NCBI GenBank assembly: GCA_951406725.2
Contig: OX597834.1
Span: 30,752,001 to 30,816,000, forward strand
Source: Octopus vulgaris
Lineage: Eukaryota
Length of the DNA stretch: 64,000 nucleotides
Direction: 5' to 3'
This document shows positions 12,689-26,330 of the stretch, in pieces. Within the stretch, counting starts at the first letter, position 1; each line of letters starts with the position of its first letter. The notes beneath the pieces are model-generated. The model saw only the letters and a list, made by a program, of their open reading frames with translations. It did not search any database and had not been told where the DNA came from. The translations under genes and the position numbers were made by a program.

Positions 12689-13086
12689 TCTCTTTTACTT
12701 GTTTCAGTCATTTGACTGCGGCCATGCTGGAGCACCGCCTTTTAGTCGAGCAAATCGACCCTGGGACTTATTCTTTGTAAGCCCAGTACTTATTCTATCG
12801 GTCTCTTTTTGCCGAACCACTAAGTGACGGGGACGTAAACACACCAGCATCGGTTGTCAAGCAATGCTAGGGGGACAAACACAGACACACAAACACACAC
12901 ACATACATATATATATACATATATATGACAGGCTTCTTTCAGTTTCCGTCTACCAAATCCACTCACAAGGCATTGGTCAACCTGGGGCTGTAGCAGAAGA
13001 TACTTGCCCAAGATGCCACGCAGTGGGACTGAACCCGGAACCATGTGGTTGTTTAGCAAGCTACTTACCACACAGCCACTCCTGCG
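12689..13086 (-). mobile_element. SINE family A
   Basis: Full-length copy, inverted relative to 11100-11515. Confidence 0.88.
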
Positions 13087-13555
13087 ATATGTACATGTAT
13101 ACATGCTGGTCCTTATGTATACACACAATGTATGCATATATACATGCTTATATGCATTCTCACACATGTATTCCTGTATGTGTGTGTGTACACACATGTC
13201 TACATGTTTGAGGCTAAAATAATTCCAAGCACATTTATCCTTCTAGCTACAACTAAACAAAGAAAGCAGTCAACAGTGGAATCGGTAGAGCATCAGGCAA
13301 TATCGTTGTTGTTGTGGATGTTGTTATGTAACCCCCAGACCAGCACCATTCCAACAGCTCTATCCTCAAAGATATTCCAGCCATGGCCATTCTGTCTTGT
13401 ATTCAGACAAGATGTAATGAAGAACAACATTACAGAAGACATCCCACTTTTTTTTGTTGATGTTATGAGTGTAACGTGTGATGTGAGGGAGATTTGGCTA
13501 CTGTTTCTAGAAAAATAAATGACCACTTTGAAGCATACTTGTTATGCCTCTAGAA

Positions 13556-13942
13556 CATGCATGAGAAACCTACGGCCCACGACATGTTGTGTGGCCCCCG
13601 ACAAGTTTCTGGGTTACTAATTTCATACTGGAGGGAGATTTGGTTACTATTTCTAGAAAAATAAACGACCACTTTGAAGCATAATTGTTATGCCTGTAGA
13701 ACACGCATGAGCAACCTACGGCCCTCAACATGTTGTGTGGCCCCCGACAAGTTCCTGGGTTAGTAATTTCATACTGAGATAAACTTTCATACTAAAACAA
13801 ATAAAATTAGGAAGAATTACAAAACATTCGGTGTAAAAAGATAAAGTAATATCTCATGCATGTGTATTTTATCTTGCGGCCGTTTCCCACTTGGAAATAG
13901 TACGATGCAGGCCCCCCGTTGACGAAAAGTTGCCCAGCCCTG
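13556..13942. mobile_element. hAT (Charlie-like) MITE with a tandem duplication spanning its left end
   Basis: 8-bp TSD CTCTAGAA at 13548-13555 and 13943-13950; right end GTTGCCCAGCCCTG. Confidence 0.7.
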
Positions 13943-14401
13943 CTCTAGAATCTCAATTCATATCCAAATAGGGTTAATTTTTCCCTTTTGTTTTTCCTCT
14001 ACCCCATCATCTTTCAGAGGTCATGAGATTAAGTATATAAGGGTTACATAAAAATCAATCTAAATCAGTAAAACCATTCCTTAAAAATGTCTGGCATTTA
14101 GTCCCTGACAGGAAAATACTGAGTGACCCTTTTGTTCCCACAGTTTTGTTGAATCACACTGCTTTTGTTTCAGTAAATCTTGAAAATAATGAAGATTTTA
14201 GGAAAATAACTTTGTCATTGTTAAGCTGGTGTTTAGAACATAAACACGAAATTCTGACGGAAGGTTTTAATTTAGATCACTTTAACCCTTTTGTTACCAT
14301 ATTTCTGTTGAAATAAATGGTTTCAATGTTTAAATTCTTTAAAAAAAAATTTAACCAAAAGGAAAGACAATACAGAGGTATTTTCATTTTCTAAAAATTC
14401 A

Positions 14402-14698
14402 TCTTTATATATAAAAGTAAGGTTGTGTTTCTGTCTCTTACGATTTAGATTCCTAACTACTCCCACATTTTGCGGTGCAGTTTAACCAAAACCAGGTATC
14501 TTATAGTCGTGATTCATATCGAGCCCTTCTGGGTGTTAGCACGCATCTACAATGAGTCTAAGATTTTAAAAATAATTTACCATCATTTTTTTCCATTTTA
14601 ATGCATTTTTTCGCTATTATATAAGGGAAGTAACTCTCTAAAAATGCTTTATAGTTATTTCCCTTACAAACCCGAGCAACGCCGGGCAATACTGCTAG
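14402..14698 (+). mobile_element. Non-autonomous Helitron
   Basis: Starts A|TC, ends CTAG|T, has a subterminal GC hairpin CCCGAGCAACGCCGGG and no TSD. Confidence 0.75.
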
Positions 14699-14719
14699 TT
14701 ATTACTAAATTGAACCTAA

Positions 14720-15120
14720 TTTATGCGATGTTGGAGATTAGCTGACCGTCGTACCTTGACCCAGTTACTGCTTGATTAGGTTAGAGCATCTCTTGTTTAT
14801 TCTCTTCTGGAAGGGGTGCATTCCAATGGTCAGGCGCTCAATCTGCTGCAAGCTCCCTCTGTGTGGCGGCTTAGGTTTGCCATGGCTTTTGATGTGCAGA
14901 CTTGCACTCAGGATGCACCACCTGCAGCAATTTCTAGACGCTGAACTATGTAGGCTCCGTTTGGGAGACAGGTCTATCCGCAGCTCATCTCTTTGACGGA
15001 GCTGCACCTAGAATATCATCAGGCGCTCACAGTCCTCTACCAGTTGGGCAATAGGTTCGGTGGATGTTCCACTTTAGCTATATAGAGAGGCTTAGTAGCA
15101 GGAAAGTGTGATGATATTCT
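14720..15120 (+). mobile_element. Tx1/L1-like ORF2 fragment
   Basis: LTVVP*P..CLIRLEHLLFILFWKGCIPMVRRSICCKLPLCGGLGLPWL, the FxWxG...P...GGLGLP post-RT motif. Confidence 0.65.
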
Positions 15121-15529
15121 CGGGGACATTATTTTTGAAAACGATGAAAAACTTAAAATAAATTTGTCATTATAATGGTGGGATATGAACGTGAAGTGAC
15201 GTGAAAATTTGATGCACAATTTTAAATCAGATCACTTTACAACAGGGAAGTTTGTATTGCAGAAGAGCCAGAGACAGTCATAGAGAGGTTGATGACAAAT
15301 GGGTTAGCAACATCATTCCTATCAAGGGTTTAACGTCCATTTTTCCATGCTTGCATGGGTTGGACGGAATTTGATGAGGTAGATTTTCTACAGCTGAAGG
15401 TCTTTCCTTCTTCTATGTAAAGCAATAGTTCACCACATTTTCAACCTTTACAATTATTATATGAAGTGAAGGCAAGGAGATGCTAACTCACTCCCTCTCA
15501 CACACACACATGTATGCACAAATACCCAC

Positions 15530-15761
15530 CTATTTCTTTACTACCCACAAGGGGCTAAACACAGAGGGGACAAACAAGGACAGACAAGTGGATTAAGTCG
15601 ATTACATCGACCCCAGTGCGTAACTGGTACTTATTTCATCGACCCCGAAAAGATGAAAGGCAAAGTCGACCTCGGCGGAATTTGAACTCAGAACGTAACG
15701 GCAGACGAAATACAGCTACGCATTTCGCCCGGTGTGCTAACGTTTCTGCCAGCTCGCCGCC
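15530..15761 (-). mobile_element. SINE family C monomer
   Basis: Full head and body; TSD AATACCCAC. Confidence 0.85.
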
Positions 15762-16411
15762 CTAATACCCACTACCAACCTCATGCACCCATGCACTCGC
15801 ACACAAACACCTATTCATGTGCAGACACACATGCCCACATGTGCACATGTATGCACACACCCACAAACATACAGAGTTATGTGAACAATTCCATGCAGTT
15901 TCTATTTCCATTTACCAAATCCATCCACAAGGCCATGATCAACCCAGGGTTGTAGCAGAAGACACTTGCCCACGAATGCCTGTGTCATCATAGAGACTGA
16001 AAGAAAGGCTCATGCACAGAACCCTAGAGTTCCACACCACCATCCCATTTCTCTGTCCCAGATAATGTCAGTTAATTAATACTAAACAATAAAACTAATT
16101 AACTCACTCCACTGACCTCATTCCTCATGCACACACATTTGGCTCAGAACACAATCTGTTAATTATATGTTTCAAAGCATTTTCGCACCTAATAACTCTC
16201 TCGTTTGTGTTGTGCATCCAAGCCCAGGCATGGTCATGTGGTTAAGAACATCCCTTCCAAACTACAGCTTTACAGGTTCAGTCCTACAGCATGGCACTTT
16301 GGGCAAGAGGCTTTTATTATGGCACCCAGAGCCTTGTGAGTGGATTCAGTAAATAGAAACAAAACGACCATTATGTGAGAGAGTGTGTATGTGTATATAC
16401 ATATGTATGCA

Positions 16412-16479
<68 letters not shown>

Positions 16480-18169
16480 AGTGAGTGGACAAACAAAAAA
16501 AGGGCATTCAATACATTTATTGAGAGAGTTACATGTATGGGTCAAAACAGTTTGAGATTATATATATATATATTTCGTTTTGAGATTTGGTTTGCAAGAT
16601 TCTGTTGTGCCTGAGGAGAGTAATTTTCTTTTTGTGCCTAATAATTTAACACACTCACTCACACACACATTATTTATTTATTTATATATATATATATATT
16701 AATTTTATAGCTATCTAATGCTATTTTACTCCCCTAACCACATATATTATTGTTGTTATAAGCTATTTATACTACCACATAATAACAACAATAATATTTA
16801 TAAAAAAATATTCACTTCTGAATATATTCTCCTTATGTGTGTGTGTGTAAATATATATCATCATCATCATCATCATTTAACATCCATTTTCCATGCTGGC
16901 ATGGATTGGACGATTCAACTGAAAACTGTTAAGCCGGGGTGGGGCTGCAATAATATTTAGCAGAAATAACAGTGACTCAAAGAACAAAAATTTTGTGTGT
17001 GTGTGTGTGCCTTCTTTTCTTGACATCCTGTTACAGTTGTAAACAAGCTTTACTACACAACTGGTGTCATTTTGTTTCCAATATTCTTTGAAAACACGTC
17101 CAGTCATGGGGGAGACAGGTGATGGTTGGCAACAAGAAGGGCACTTAGCTGTAGAAAAATCTGTTTCGATAAACCCTGTCCTGGCCATGCCAGCAAGGAA
17201 ATCTGGAAATAAAATGATGATGATGATGATTACAATGAGGGTTTGATATTTAGCCCCAGGTTAGTCCTGATCAAAAGGCATTTCAACCATGACCATCCTG
17301 TCTTCATCCTATGTGCAGGGAACCAGGAGTTCATTATCCAAATTATCCACTTTCAGGAGGCAACAGTGATGGCTGTAGTGGTGGTGGCGACAGTGGTGGT
17401 GCAGGTGGTGGTGGCGACAGTGGTGGTGCAGGTGGTGGTGGTAGCAACAGTGATGGCTGTAGTGGTGGTGGTAGCAACAGTGATTTGTCTTTCATCCTTT
17501 CGGGGTCGATAAATTAAGTACCAGTTACGCATTGGAGTCGATGTAATCGACTTAATACCTATGTCTGTCCTTGTTTGTCCCCTCTGTGTTTAGCCCCTTG
17601 TGGGTAATAAAGAAATAGGTAGCAACAGTGATAGTGGTGGTGGTAGCGGAGGTGACACAGTTCTTTTGTTATTTTTCGGCTAATCTTTTCTTAAGACAAC
17701 CTGGCAGGTTAACAAACTATTGTTCACCTGCCAATTAGTACTTTCCACCAACCACTACACACACACACACATACACATCACCTACCACTACTAACCCATC
17801 CCGACCACTACCACTGACATTAACAGGCACAAACAATTGTACTATCTTCAATTTGGCAACAGATTTGCTTTTCTGAGAGTGAAGAGGTGAGAATTTGAAA
17901 ACAAGAAGGAAAAATAAATAAATAATAATAATAATAATAACCTTTTCTACTATAAAAACAAATCCTGAAATTTGTTGGAGGTGGATAAGTCAATTACATC
18001 AACCCCAGTTTTCAACTGCTATTTATTTTATTGACCCCAAAAGGATGAAAGGCAAAGTCGACTTCAGTAGAATTTGAACTCAGAACGTAAACACAGATAA
18101 AATGCTGCCAAGCATTTTGTCCAGCATGCTAATGATTCAACCAACTCACTGCTTTAATAATAATAGTAG

Positions 18170-18212
<43 letters not shown>

Positions 18213-20166
18213 AAGTAGTAATAATGGTTTCACATTTTGGCAGAGGGCCAGAAGTTCTTGAGGGAAAGGTTGATTACATCAACAGAACTTGAATGGTGCT
18301 TATTTTATTGACCTCAAAAAGTAAAGTTGACCTCGGCAGAATCTGAACTTAGAACATATAATTTCCGAAATAACCCCTAAGGATTCACAAAAACATTGGG
18401 GATGATACAGAACAACGCAATGTGGGGCTACGTAAAAGGAGCATGTAAGAAAAGACAACAGTAAATTACAAAAGGGGGAAGCTGCCTGAGGCTGCTCATG
18501 GAAATCTCACAAAAGCACAGTGACCCTGACCACTGGGACAAGTGTCCTCTCCTCTCATTGTCCTCTTTCAGTCTATTGATGTTCACTTAGACCAACCCTT
18601 GCCACATTTATCCACCTTTCAATAAAACTGAATAAAAGGCAGCACTTCCCTTTCCACCCTTACTTTCCTTCTCAAGTGAAACTTGAAAAAGTTGATAAGG
18701 GTTCCGGGGGGGGGGGGAAGAGAAAAAACAAAATTAGAAATAATGATTTCAAATTCAGGCACAAGGGCAGCGATTTCAAGTGGAGGAGGTACCTTGAATA
18801 TAAAAGTCCCACAAAAAGTGGTCCCAAATTTATGGCACATGTTCAATTCCCAGCTAAACCAGTTCATGTCCTCCTTGTTACATGTGAATATTTAAGTGTG
18901 TGATTTTTGACATTGCCACACATCACAGATCTTCATCTAAGTATAAAGGAAAGGCATCCCATTGTTACACATGGCACAACCTCCCCAGCAGACATAAACA
19001 AATGGTTTTCCTAATGTAGTTCACGCACTTCCTGATCTTTACCTCCACCATTCTACCATCTCACATTCACAAGTGTTTCTGTTGACGTGTGCATGTGAAT
19101 ATAGGCATGCCCTCAGCCCTTACATCTAAGTGGCCACTCTGCCTTTCCTATAAATACTGTTCCCTACCTGCCATTTTAACCCTTTTGAGACCAACCTACC
19201 TGAAATTGTCCCTGGTTCTATTATATAAACTTCTTGGTTTAAAAAAAACTAAATTCAAACTTTCCATCAGAATTCATGTTGTGGCGGACACCCCCAAGTG
19301 AGAAATGGGCTGTTCCACTACCGATAAATAGTGGATAGACACAGCAAACAGGGTCTTCCCTTCCTGCTATTTTAACTCTTTTGAGACCAACCTACCTGAA
19401 ATTGCCCCTGGTTCTATTATATAAACTTCTTGGTTTAAAAAGAACTAAATTCAAACTTTCCATCAGAATTCATGTTGTTTCATGTTGTGGTGGACACCCC
19501 CAAGTGAGAAATGGGCTGTTCCACTACTGATAAATAGTGGATAGACACAGCAAGCAGGGTCAGTCGGTAAGGTACGCCGTACAGGCCAGTCATGCAGACA
19601 ATGAAATACATCATAATGCAGGACATATCAGTGGTGACAAGGATACTTCCCACTGTATAACGATGTAGTTATAACAGTGGTAACAAGGTTACGAATGCTT
19701 GTAGGAGTGTCCAAATGGAAGAACTACACCCAGTGAAAAATTTGAAGAAGGAACGGAACTACACACAGTGAATCATCATCATCATTTAACGTCCGCTTTC
19801 CATGCTAGCATGGGTTGGACGGTTCAACTGGGGTCTGGGAAACCAGAAGGCTGCACCAAGCCCAGTCTGATCTGGCAGTGTTTCTACAGCTGGATGCCCT
19901 TCCTAACACCAACCACTCCGTGAGTGTAGTGCTTTTTACGTGCCACTGGCACAGGTGCCAGACGAGGCTGGCAAACGGCCACGATCAGATGGTGCTTTTT
20001 ACATGCCACCGGCATAAAGACTAGACGAGGCTGGCAACGGCCACGATCGGGTGGTGCTTTTTACGTGCCACCGGCACAGAGGCAAGTCAGGGCGGCGCAG
20101 GCTATGGCCACGTTCGGATAGTGAAGGATATATGAATTCTATTGAAAAAAGATTCTGAAGATAAAA

Positions 20167-20405
20167 TGTCCAGTTTGCTGGACATTGTTGTAGAGCTGAA
20201 AACGAGGCAATTTCTACTCTTCTCCTCTGGAAGCCATCTGCTCGTGATACCAGAGGGCGCACACTCTCCTACCCTGATGTAATCTCCAGGGATACAGGCA
20301 TCCAGCAACAGGACCTCCGTAATGCTATGATGGACCGTGAAGTCTGGCGTAACATAGTAAATTCTATTGTCTCGACCATAGTCGAACAATGATGATGATG
20401 AATGA
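20167..20405 (+). mobile_element. RTE-clade LINE 3' end
   Basis: VQFAGHCCRAENEAISTLLLWKP...YPDVISRDTG...AMMDREVWR..EQ*, followed by a (TGA)n tail. Confidence 0.75.
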
Positions 20406-21583
20406 CCAAAATTACTAAACTCTTCATTAATTGCAAAATTAATTGAAATAAAAGCAGTGTATAAGAATATTGTAGAACGAAAACTTTTCATAGATTGGAA
20501 TTTGAATCCTAATCCATCTACTTTTTGTTTTGCTTTGGGTTTTTTTGTTTTCTTTTGACTATTAACCATGGTGTGTCCAGGTGGAACTTTGTCCAATATG
20601 TCCTTCCACCACCAACTTTTGTTTTTAAGATGTTAGGGTCTGATTTGAAGGAGAAATTGCTTCAAGAAAACATTGAATTTGAATTACTTTTAATTTTTAC
20701 AATTATAGATAACAACTCAGGCTGTAACTTCTGAGCCAGAGTCAGGTGTGTGTGTGGAGGATGTCGAGAGAACGTCTGTTATGAATGATATTTTTTGAAA
20801 CAGGGCACCTCTAAGACAACCACCAGACGCTGAACGAAATTAAATGAAGTGCGACCAGGCTCAATAAAAGGAGCCCGAGTTATTGGCTGTAATTACATAC
20901 TTGAAGTCATTGTTGGCAGAAATTAAATCAACTTCCAAATACACATTCACTTGACTAAATTTATACTCAGGCTATGCCTGAACAAACCAGTTACCGGATA
21001 TATGTATGTATACACACATACATACATACATACATACACACATATTACATACAAGCACGTATGATTGTGCTTTTCAATTCAAAGGTGGGGGGAAATCCCA
21101 CTTAATGAAACATTACATAAAGACGTCTCTATTTCATTGTATTCAATAGGAAGATAAGCAAAAAGAAATCTTCAGTTAGTGCCCCACCCCGTTGTCTTAC
21201 CTCACTCCCCTCTACTCACATATCAAACGCTTTGACACTGTTTAGTCCTCTGACCTAGAGCATTATCACGTGGTGGTTGTAGATACCAGCAGCAGTGCAG
21301 ACATTAAGTGGCTTTGTTTTGCCCCCAGGGCTGTCTTCATTGAGCAGGTCTATGATAGCAGAGACCTCAAAAATTCCACCAGCAGCCAAAACCATCTACT
21401 TTTTGTTTTGCTTTGGGGTTCTTTCTTTTTGTATTTTTTTGTTTTGACTATTAACCATGGTGTGTCCAGGTGGCTCTTTGCCCAATATGTCCTTCCACCA
21501 CCAACTTTTGTTTTTAAGACATTAGGGTCTGATTTGAAGGAGATTTGGCTGCCGTTTCTAGCAGGTCGAGTAACCGTGTGGAG

Positions 21584-21784
21584 CAGTGCTTTTCAAACTT
21601 TTTGCTGGAGTGGAACCCCAAGGAAGCATTCCACTGGCTCGAGGAACCCCTGTGCAATAATTTAATAGTCTTATGCACACATATCTGCACAGGAGAATTA
21701 AAAATTACTGTCGATTTTAGCAATTTTGTAACTTCTTGTGGAACTCCTGGACTGTACTGGCGGAACTCTGGTTGAAAACCACTG
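21584..21784. mobile_element. hAT-type MITE
   Basis: TIRs CAGTGCTTTTCAAAC / GGTTGAAAACCACTG with a perfect 8-bp TSD, GTGTGGAG. Confidence 0.88.
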
Positions 21785-23189
21785 GTGTGGAGTAAAGTGC
21801 AATGATTAGGCAGATAGAATGATAGCTCAAAGATGGGGTACATCAAGTGATAGACGGGGAGGTGTAGGGGCCAGGGAGGCAAGAGGCACATGCATGTGCC
21901 CACACACACACACACACAAAGCTATACCACTGGAAGGATGTAATTATTTTGAACCCCACATAATTGGAATAGTTATTTAACCCTAGGCCAGCCCTAATCA
22001 AACAGATTAATAATCAACTGCATTCCAGTCATAACCATCTTATCCTTTTTCTTATATACAAAGAACCCTGGACCACATTATTCAACGAGTTCTTTTTAAG
22101 GAAGTGGCGTATAATTTGAGGGAGATTTAGCTGCTAGTTTTAACACGTCACATAACCACAAAGTGATTTGTTAGCTGATTCAAGAAAGTGGTGATTAATG
22201 AAGATAACTGTGATAGAAGTAAACAGAGTAAGGTGTAAATATGAAGCAGTGAGATTTGATCCAGGGACAGCCAGGATCCCTCATGATAACAAGGCAATAC
22301 TTCCCCATCACCAAATATGCCTTTTATGCAAGAAACCAATGACACTCCTTGTATGACAGTCACACATTATTTACAATTATCATGTGATGTCAAGACACAA
22401 ACATGCACACACACACACACAAACATTCACTCAGACAGACAGACGTTCACTCAGAGACAGACAGACAGACATTCATTCAGACATTAGACAGATATTCAGA
22501 CAGAGAAAAACTTCTTAACAACACAGCCATGCTTGCACCATTATTAACTACACAATGTATTTATGTGAGTGTGTGTGATGCTGTTGGCACATAAAAAGCA
22601 CCGTCCGAACGTGGCCGATGCCAGCGCTGCTTCGACTGGCTCCAGTGCCGGTGGCACATAAAAAGCACCATCCAAACGTTGCCGTTGCCAGCGCCGCCTT
22701 GGCTGGCTTCCGTGCCGGTGGCACGTTAAAAGCTCCAACCAATCGTGGCCAATGCCGGACACCCCTGGCACCTGTGCAGGTGGTACGTAAAAACACCCAC
22801 TACACTCGCGGAGTGGTTGGCGTTAAGAAGGGCATCCAGCTGTAGAAACTCTGCCAGATCAGACTGGAGCCTGGTGCAGCCCCTGGCTTCCCAGACCCCG
22901 GTCGAACCGTCCAACCTGTGCTAGCGCGGAAAACGAATGATGATGATGATGTGTGTGTGTGTACAATAGTGGTTTCAAAATTTGGCACAAAGCCAGCAAT
23001 TTCAGGAGAGAGGTGGGGGGAAAGTCAATTACATCAACCCCAGTGCTCAACCAAAAAGAAAGACAAGTTGGTCGAGGTGGACTTATCCTTTCAGGATCGA
23101 TAAAATAAATATCGACCGGCACCCACCTCCCCTGAAACTGTTGGCCTTGTACTAAAATTGGAAACAATATTCTTTTTAACTCGGATTTT

Positions 23190-23455
23190 GTTGGAATTCC
23201 TGGAGTCTTGCACACACAGCAGGCTTGCAATCTGCAGCCTAGTGTACCATACTATCTGTTCTTTCTAATACTTTCCTGGGTACTCTAGCCATGCCATGGA
23301 GGCAAACCTTTTGTAACAGTTCTACCGGGCACTCTATTCCAATTTCCTTTATATTGATGCCTTCTGACACTGTCCCCAAGGACCCAACAATAACTGGCAC
23401 TATCTTCACCTTCATTTTCCATAGCAGGGATATTTCATACTTAAGAAGATTGTAT
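23190..23455 (-). mobile_element. R4/Dong-like LINE 3' fragment
   Basis: Reverse strand YNLLKYEISLLWKMKVKIVPVIVGSLGTV...ELLQKVCLHGMARVPRKVL. Confidence 0.7.
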
Positions 23456-24859
23456 ATGTCAACTAGTGTTATTATTATTATGTGAGACCTTTTCTTTTTT
23501 TTCGAAGCGTCTCCTCTATTGGCAGTTTTTCGTTGTTAAAATTTTTGATTGTTAAACTGCTTTTTACTCGGTTTTTTTTTCACAAACGGACAAAACCTTT
23601 TGTAACCTTTCGTCCTGTTTTGTCCCTTTATGTTTTCCAATCATATTTGTCAGCCCTTGTGGCCAATAAAAAGAATTTATTATTATTATTATTATTATTA
23701 TTAAGGCAGCAAACTGACAGAATGGTTAGCACAGCAGGTGAAGTGCTCAGCGGTATTTCATCTGCTGCTACATTCTGAGTTCAAATTCCACTGAGGTTGA
23801 CTTTGCCTTTCATCCTTTCAGGGTCAATAAAATGAGTACCAGTCAAGCACTGGGGTCGATGCAATCAACTTATTCCCTCCTCAAACTTGCTGGCATTGTG
23901 CCAAAATTTGAAATCATTATTATTATTATTGTTGTTGTTGTTATTATAAAGGTGGTGAGCTGGCAGAATCCTTAGCATGTTGGGTGAAATGCTTAGCGAC
24001 ATTTCATCCGTAATTACATTCCGAGTTCAAATTCCGCTAAGGTCGACTTAGCCTTTCATCCTTTCGGGGTCAATGAAATAATTACCTTCCCCAAACATTT
24101 CAGGCATTGTACCTATAGTAGAAAAGATTATTCTCATTATTATTATTATTTCACTGAGGTCGACTTTGCCTTTCATCCTTTCAGGGGGGGGGGGTCGATG
24201 TAATCAACTAGTTCCCTCCCCACAAATTCCAGGCCTTGCGCCTTTAATAGAAAACATTATTATCATTATCATCATCATCGTCGTCATAATTTTTGTCGTT
24301 GGTTTGTATTATACAAGCCGTTCTGAGTTTCACCCAGAAACCCCCGAGTAGTAATAGCAAGTTGGATGTTTTAAATAAGGGTGTTTATTTACAATTAGAA
24401 TATACTGTACGGGTAAGGGGCCAGAATCTAAGAACTAAGGTTCTGTTAAATTTGTGATATGTCTGGTTTTGAAACAGTTTTTAAGAGAATCAGATATTCT
24501 CGGCTTGAGAGTGTTTTTTTCTTAGGATTATTATTATTATTATTATGTGATAAAACAGACAGACAAAAGTTATTTATAAAGGTCTTGACATGTATTAATC
24601 ATCATTCCTACTGTTGCTCCTACTGATAAAACTATTATTATTACTACCACCACCACTGTTGCTTTTACTACTACTACTACTACTACTACTACTGTTGCTA
24701 TTTTTGTTGTTGTTGTAGTTGTTCCTCTTTGTGTATTGTGTGAATGTATAGCTCCGGTTCAAAACAATTATTCCAAGAAGCTATAAGGAGGAAATGGTCC
24801 ATGAGACAATTCAGAGAAACGGAGACACATTGAGAGATGGCGGAGGGGGGGGATGGAAT

Positions 24860-24892
<33 letters not shown>

Positions 24893-25194
24893 AGATAGGG
24901 AAGAGGAGAAAGAAAGAGAACAAACGGATTGAGAGGAAGATAAGTGTGAAGAAAAGAGTGAAGGAGATAAAGAGCTTTGATAGGGGAGGAGATTTCTAGG
25001 TTATGTGAGAAGCACAATACGGGTAAAAGAAAATGAGAAAAGGAGGAAAATGCAAAATGCAGGGTGGTTGATTCACCATTCAACTGGTTCACACACATCA
25101 ATACCATTGCTAGTGTTAACACTGATGTATCTTTGTCCAAGATTATGCTAACTGTAAATAGATGCCACATTACACTGAGCAGTGTATAACTACC

Positions 25195-25981
25195 TATTTC
25201 TTTACTACGTACAAGGGGCTAAACACAGAGGGGACAAACAAGGACAGACATAGGTATTAAGTCGATTATATCGACCCCAGTGCGTAACTGGTAATTAATT
25301 TATCGACCCCAAAAGGATGAAAGGTAAAGTTGACCTCAGCGGAATTTGAACTCAGAACGTAACGGCAGACGAAATACCTATTTCTTTACTACATACAAGG
25401 GGCTAAACACAGAGGGGACAAACAAGGACAGGCAAATGGATTAAGTCGGTTACATCGACTCCCAGTTCGTAACTGGTATTTAATTTATCGACCCCAAAAG
25501 GATGAAAGGCAAAGTTGACCTCAGCGGAATTTGAACTCAGAACGTAACGGCAGACGAAATACCTATTTCTTTACTACATACAAGGGGCTAAACACAGAGG
25601 GGACAAACAAGGACAGGCAAATGGATTAAGTCGGTTACATCGACTCCCAGTGCGTAACTGGTACTTAATTTATCGACCCCAAAAGGATGAAAGGCAAAGT
25701 TGACCTCAGCGGAATTTGAACTCAGAACGTAACGGCAGACGAAATACCTATTTCTTTATTACCCACAAGGGGCTAAACACAGAGGGGACAAACAAGGACA
25801 GACATAGGTATTAAGTCGATTACATCGACCCCAGTGCGTAACTGGTACTTAATTTATCGACCCCAAAAGGATGAAAGGCAAAGTTGACCTCAGCGGAATT
25901 TGAACTCAGAACGTAACGGCAGACGAAATACCGCTAAGCATTTCGCCCGGCGTGCTAACGATTCTGCCAGCTCGCCGCCTT
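25195..25981 (-). mobile_element. SINE family C tetramer (one head + four 184-185-bp bodies)
   Basis: Unit boundaries at 25195, 25379, 25564 and 25749; single outer TSD TGTATAA(C/G)TACC. Confidence 0.9.
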
Positions 25982-26330
25982 TGTATAAGTACCATGAGGA
26001 GAACAAGAAAATTTGCCTCTGGCTGTGTGGTTAAGATGCTTGGTTCCCAACCATGAGGTCTTGAGTTCAGTTTCACTGTGCTGCACCTTTGGCAAGTGTC
26101 TTCTGCTACAGCCCTGATCTGATCAAGCCTTGTGAGTGGGTTTGGTAGAGGGAAACTAAAAGAAGCCTGTCATGCATACATATACATAGACAGGCAGACT
26201 GGTGGGGTTCGTAGTCATCCAAAGATGCATCGCAACCTCACTGGGGTTGTTGGCATGAAGAGAGCATTCAGTGCACCCTGTAAAATGGTTGGCTTAAAGG
26301 AGGGCATTCAATCATGGAAACCACATCAAA

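Noticed and set aside
17311-17517. Gly-rich or Val-rich ORFs
   Set aside because: A GTG-based simple repeat interrupted by a truncated SINE with a TSD; no splice or domain support.
20762-20918. Possible short solo LTR (TG...CA with AATAAA)
   Set aside because: No matching TSD and no second copy or internal sequence.
25195-25930. Classical hammerhead retrozyme as the explanation of the 185-bp arrays
   Set aside because: The unit size fits, but I found no CUGANGA...GAAA core on either strand. Other ribozyme classes were not excluded.
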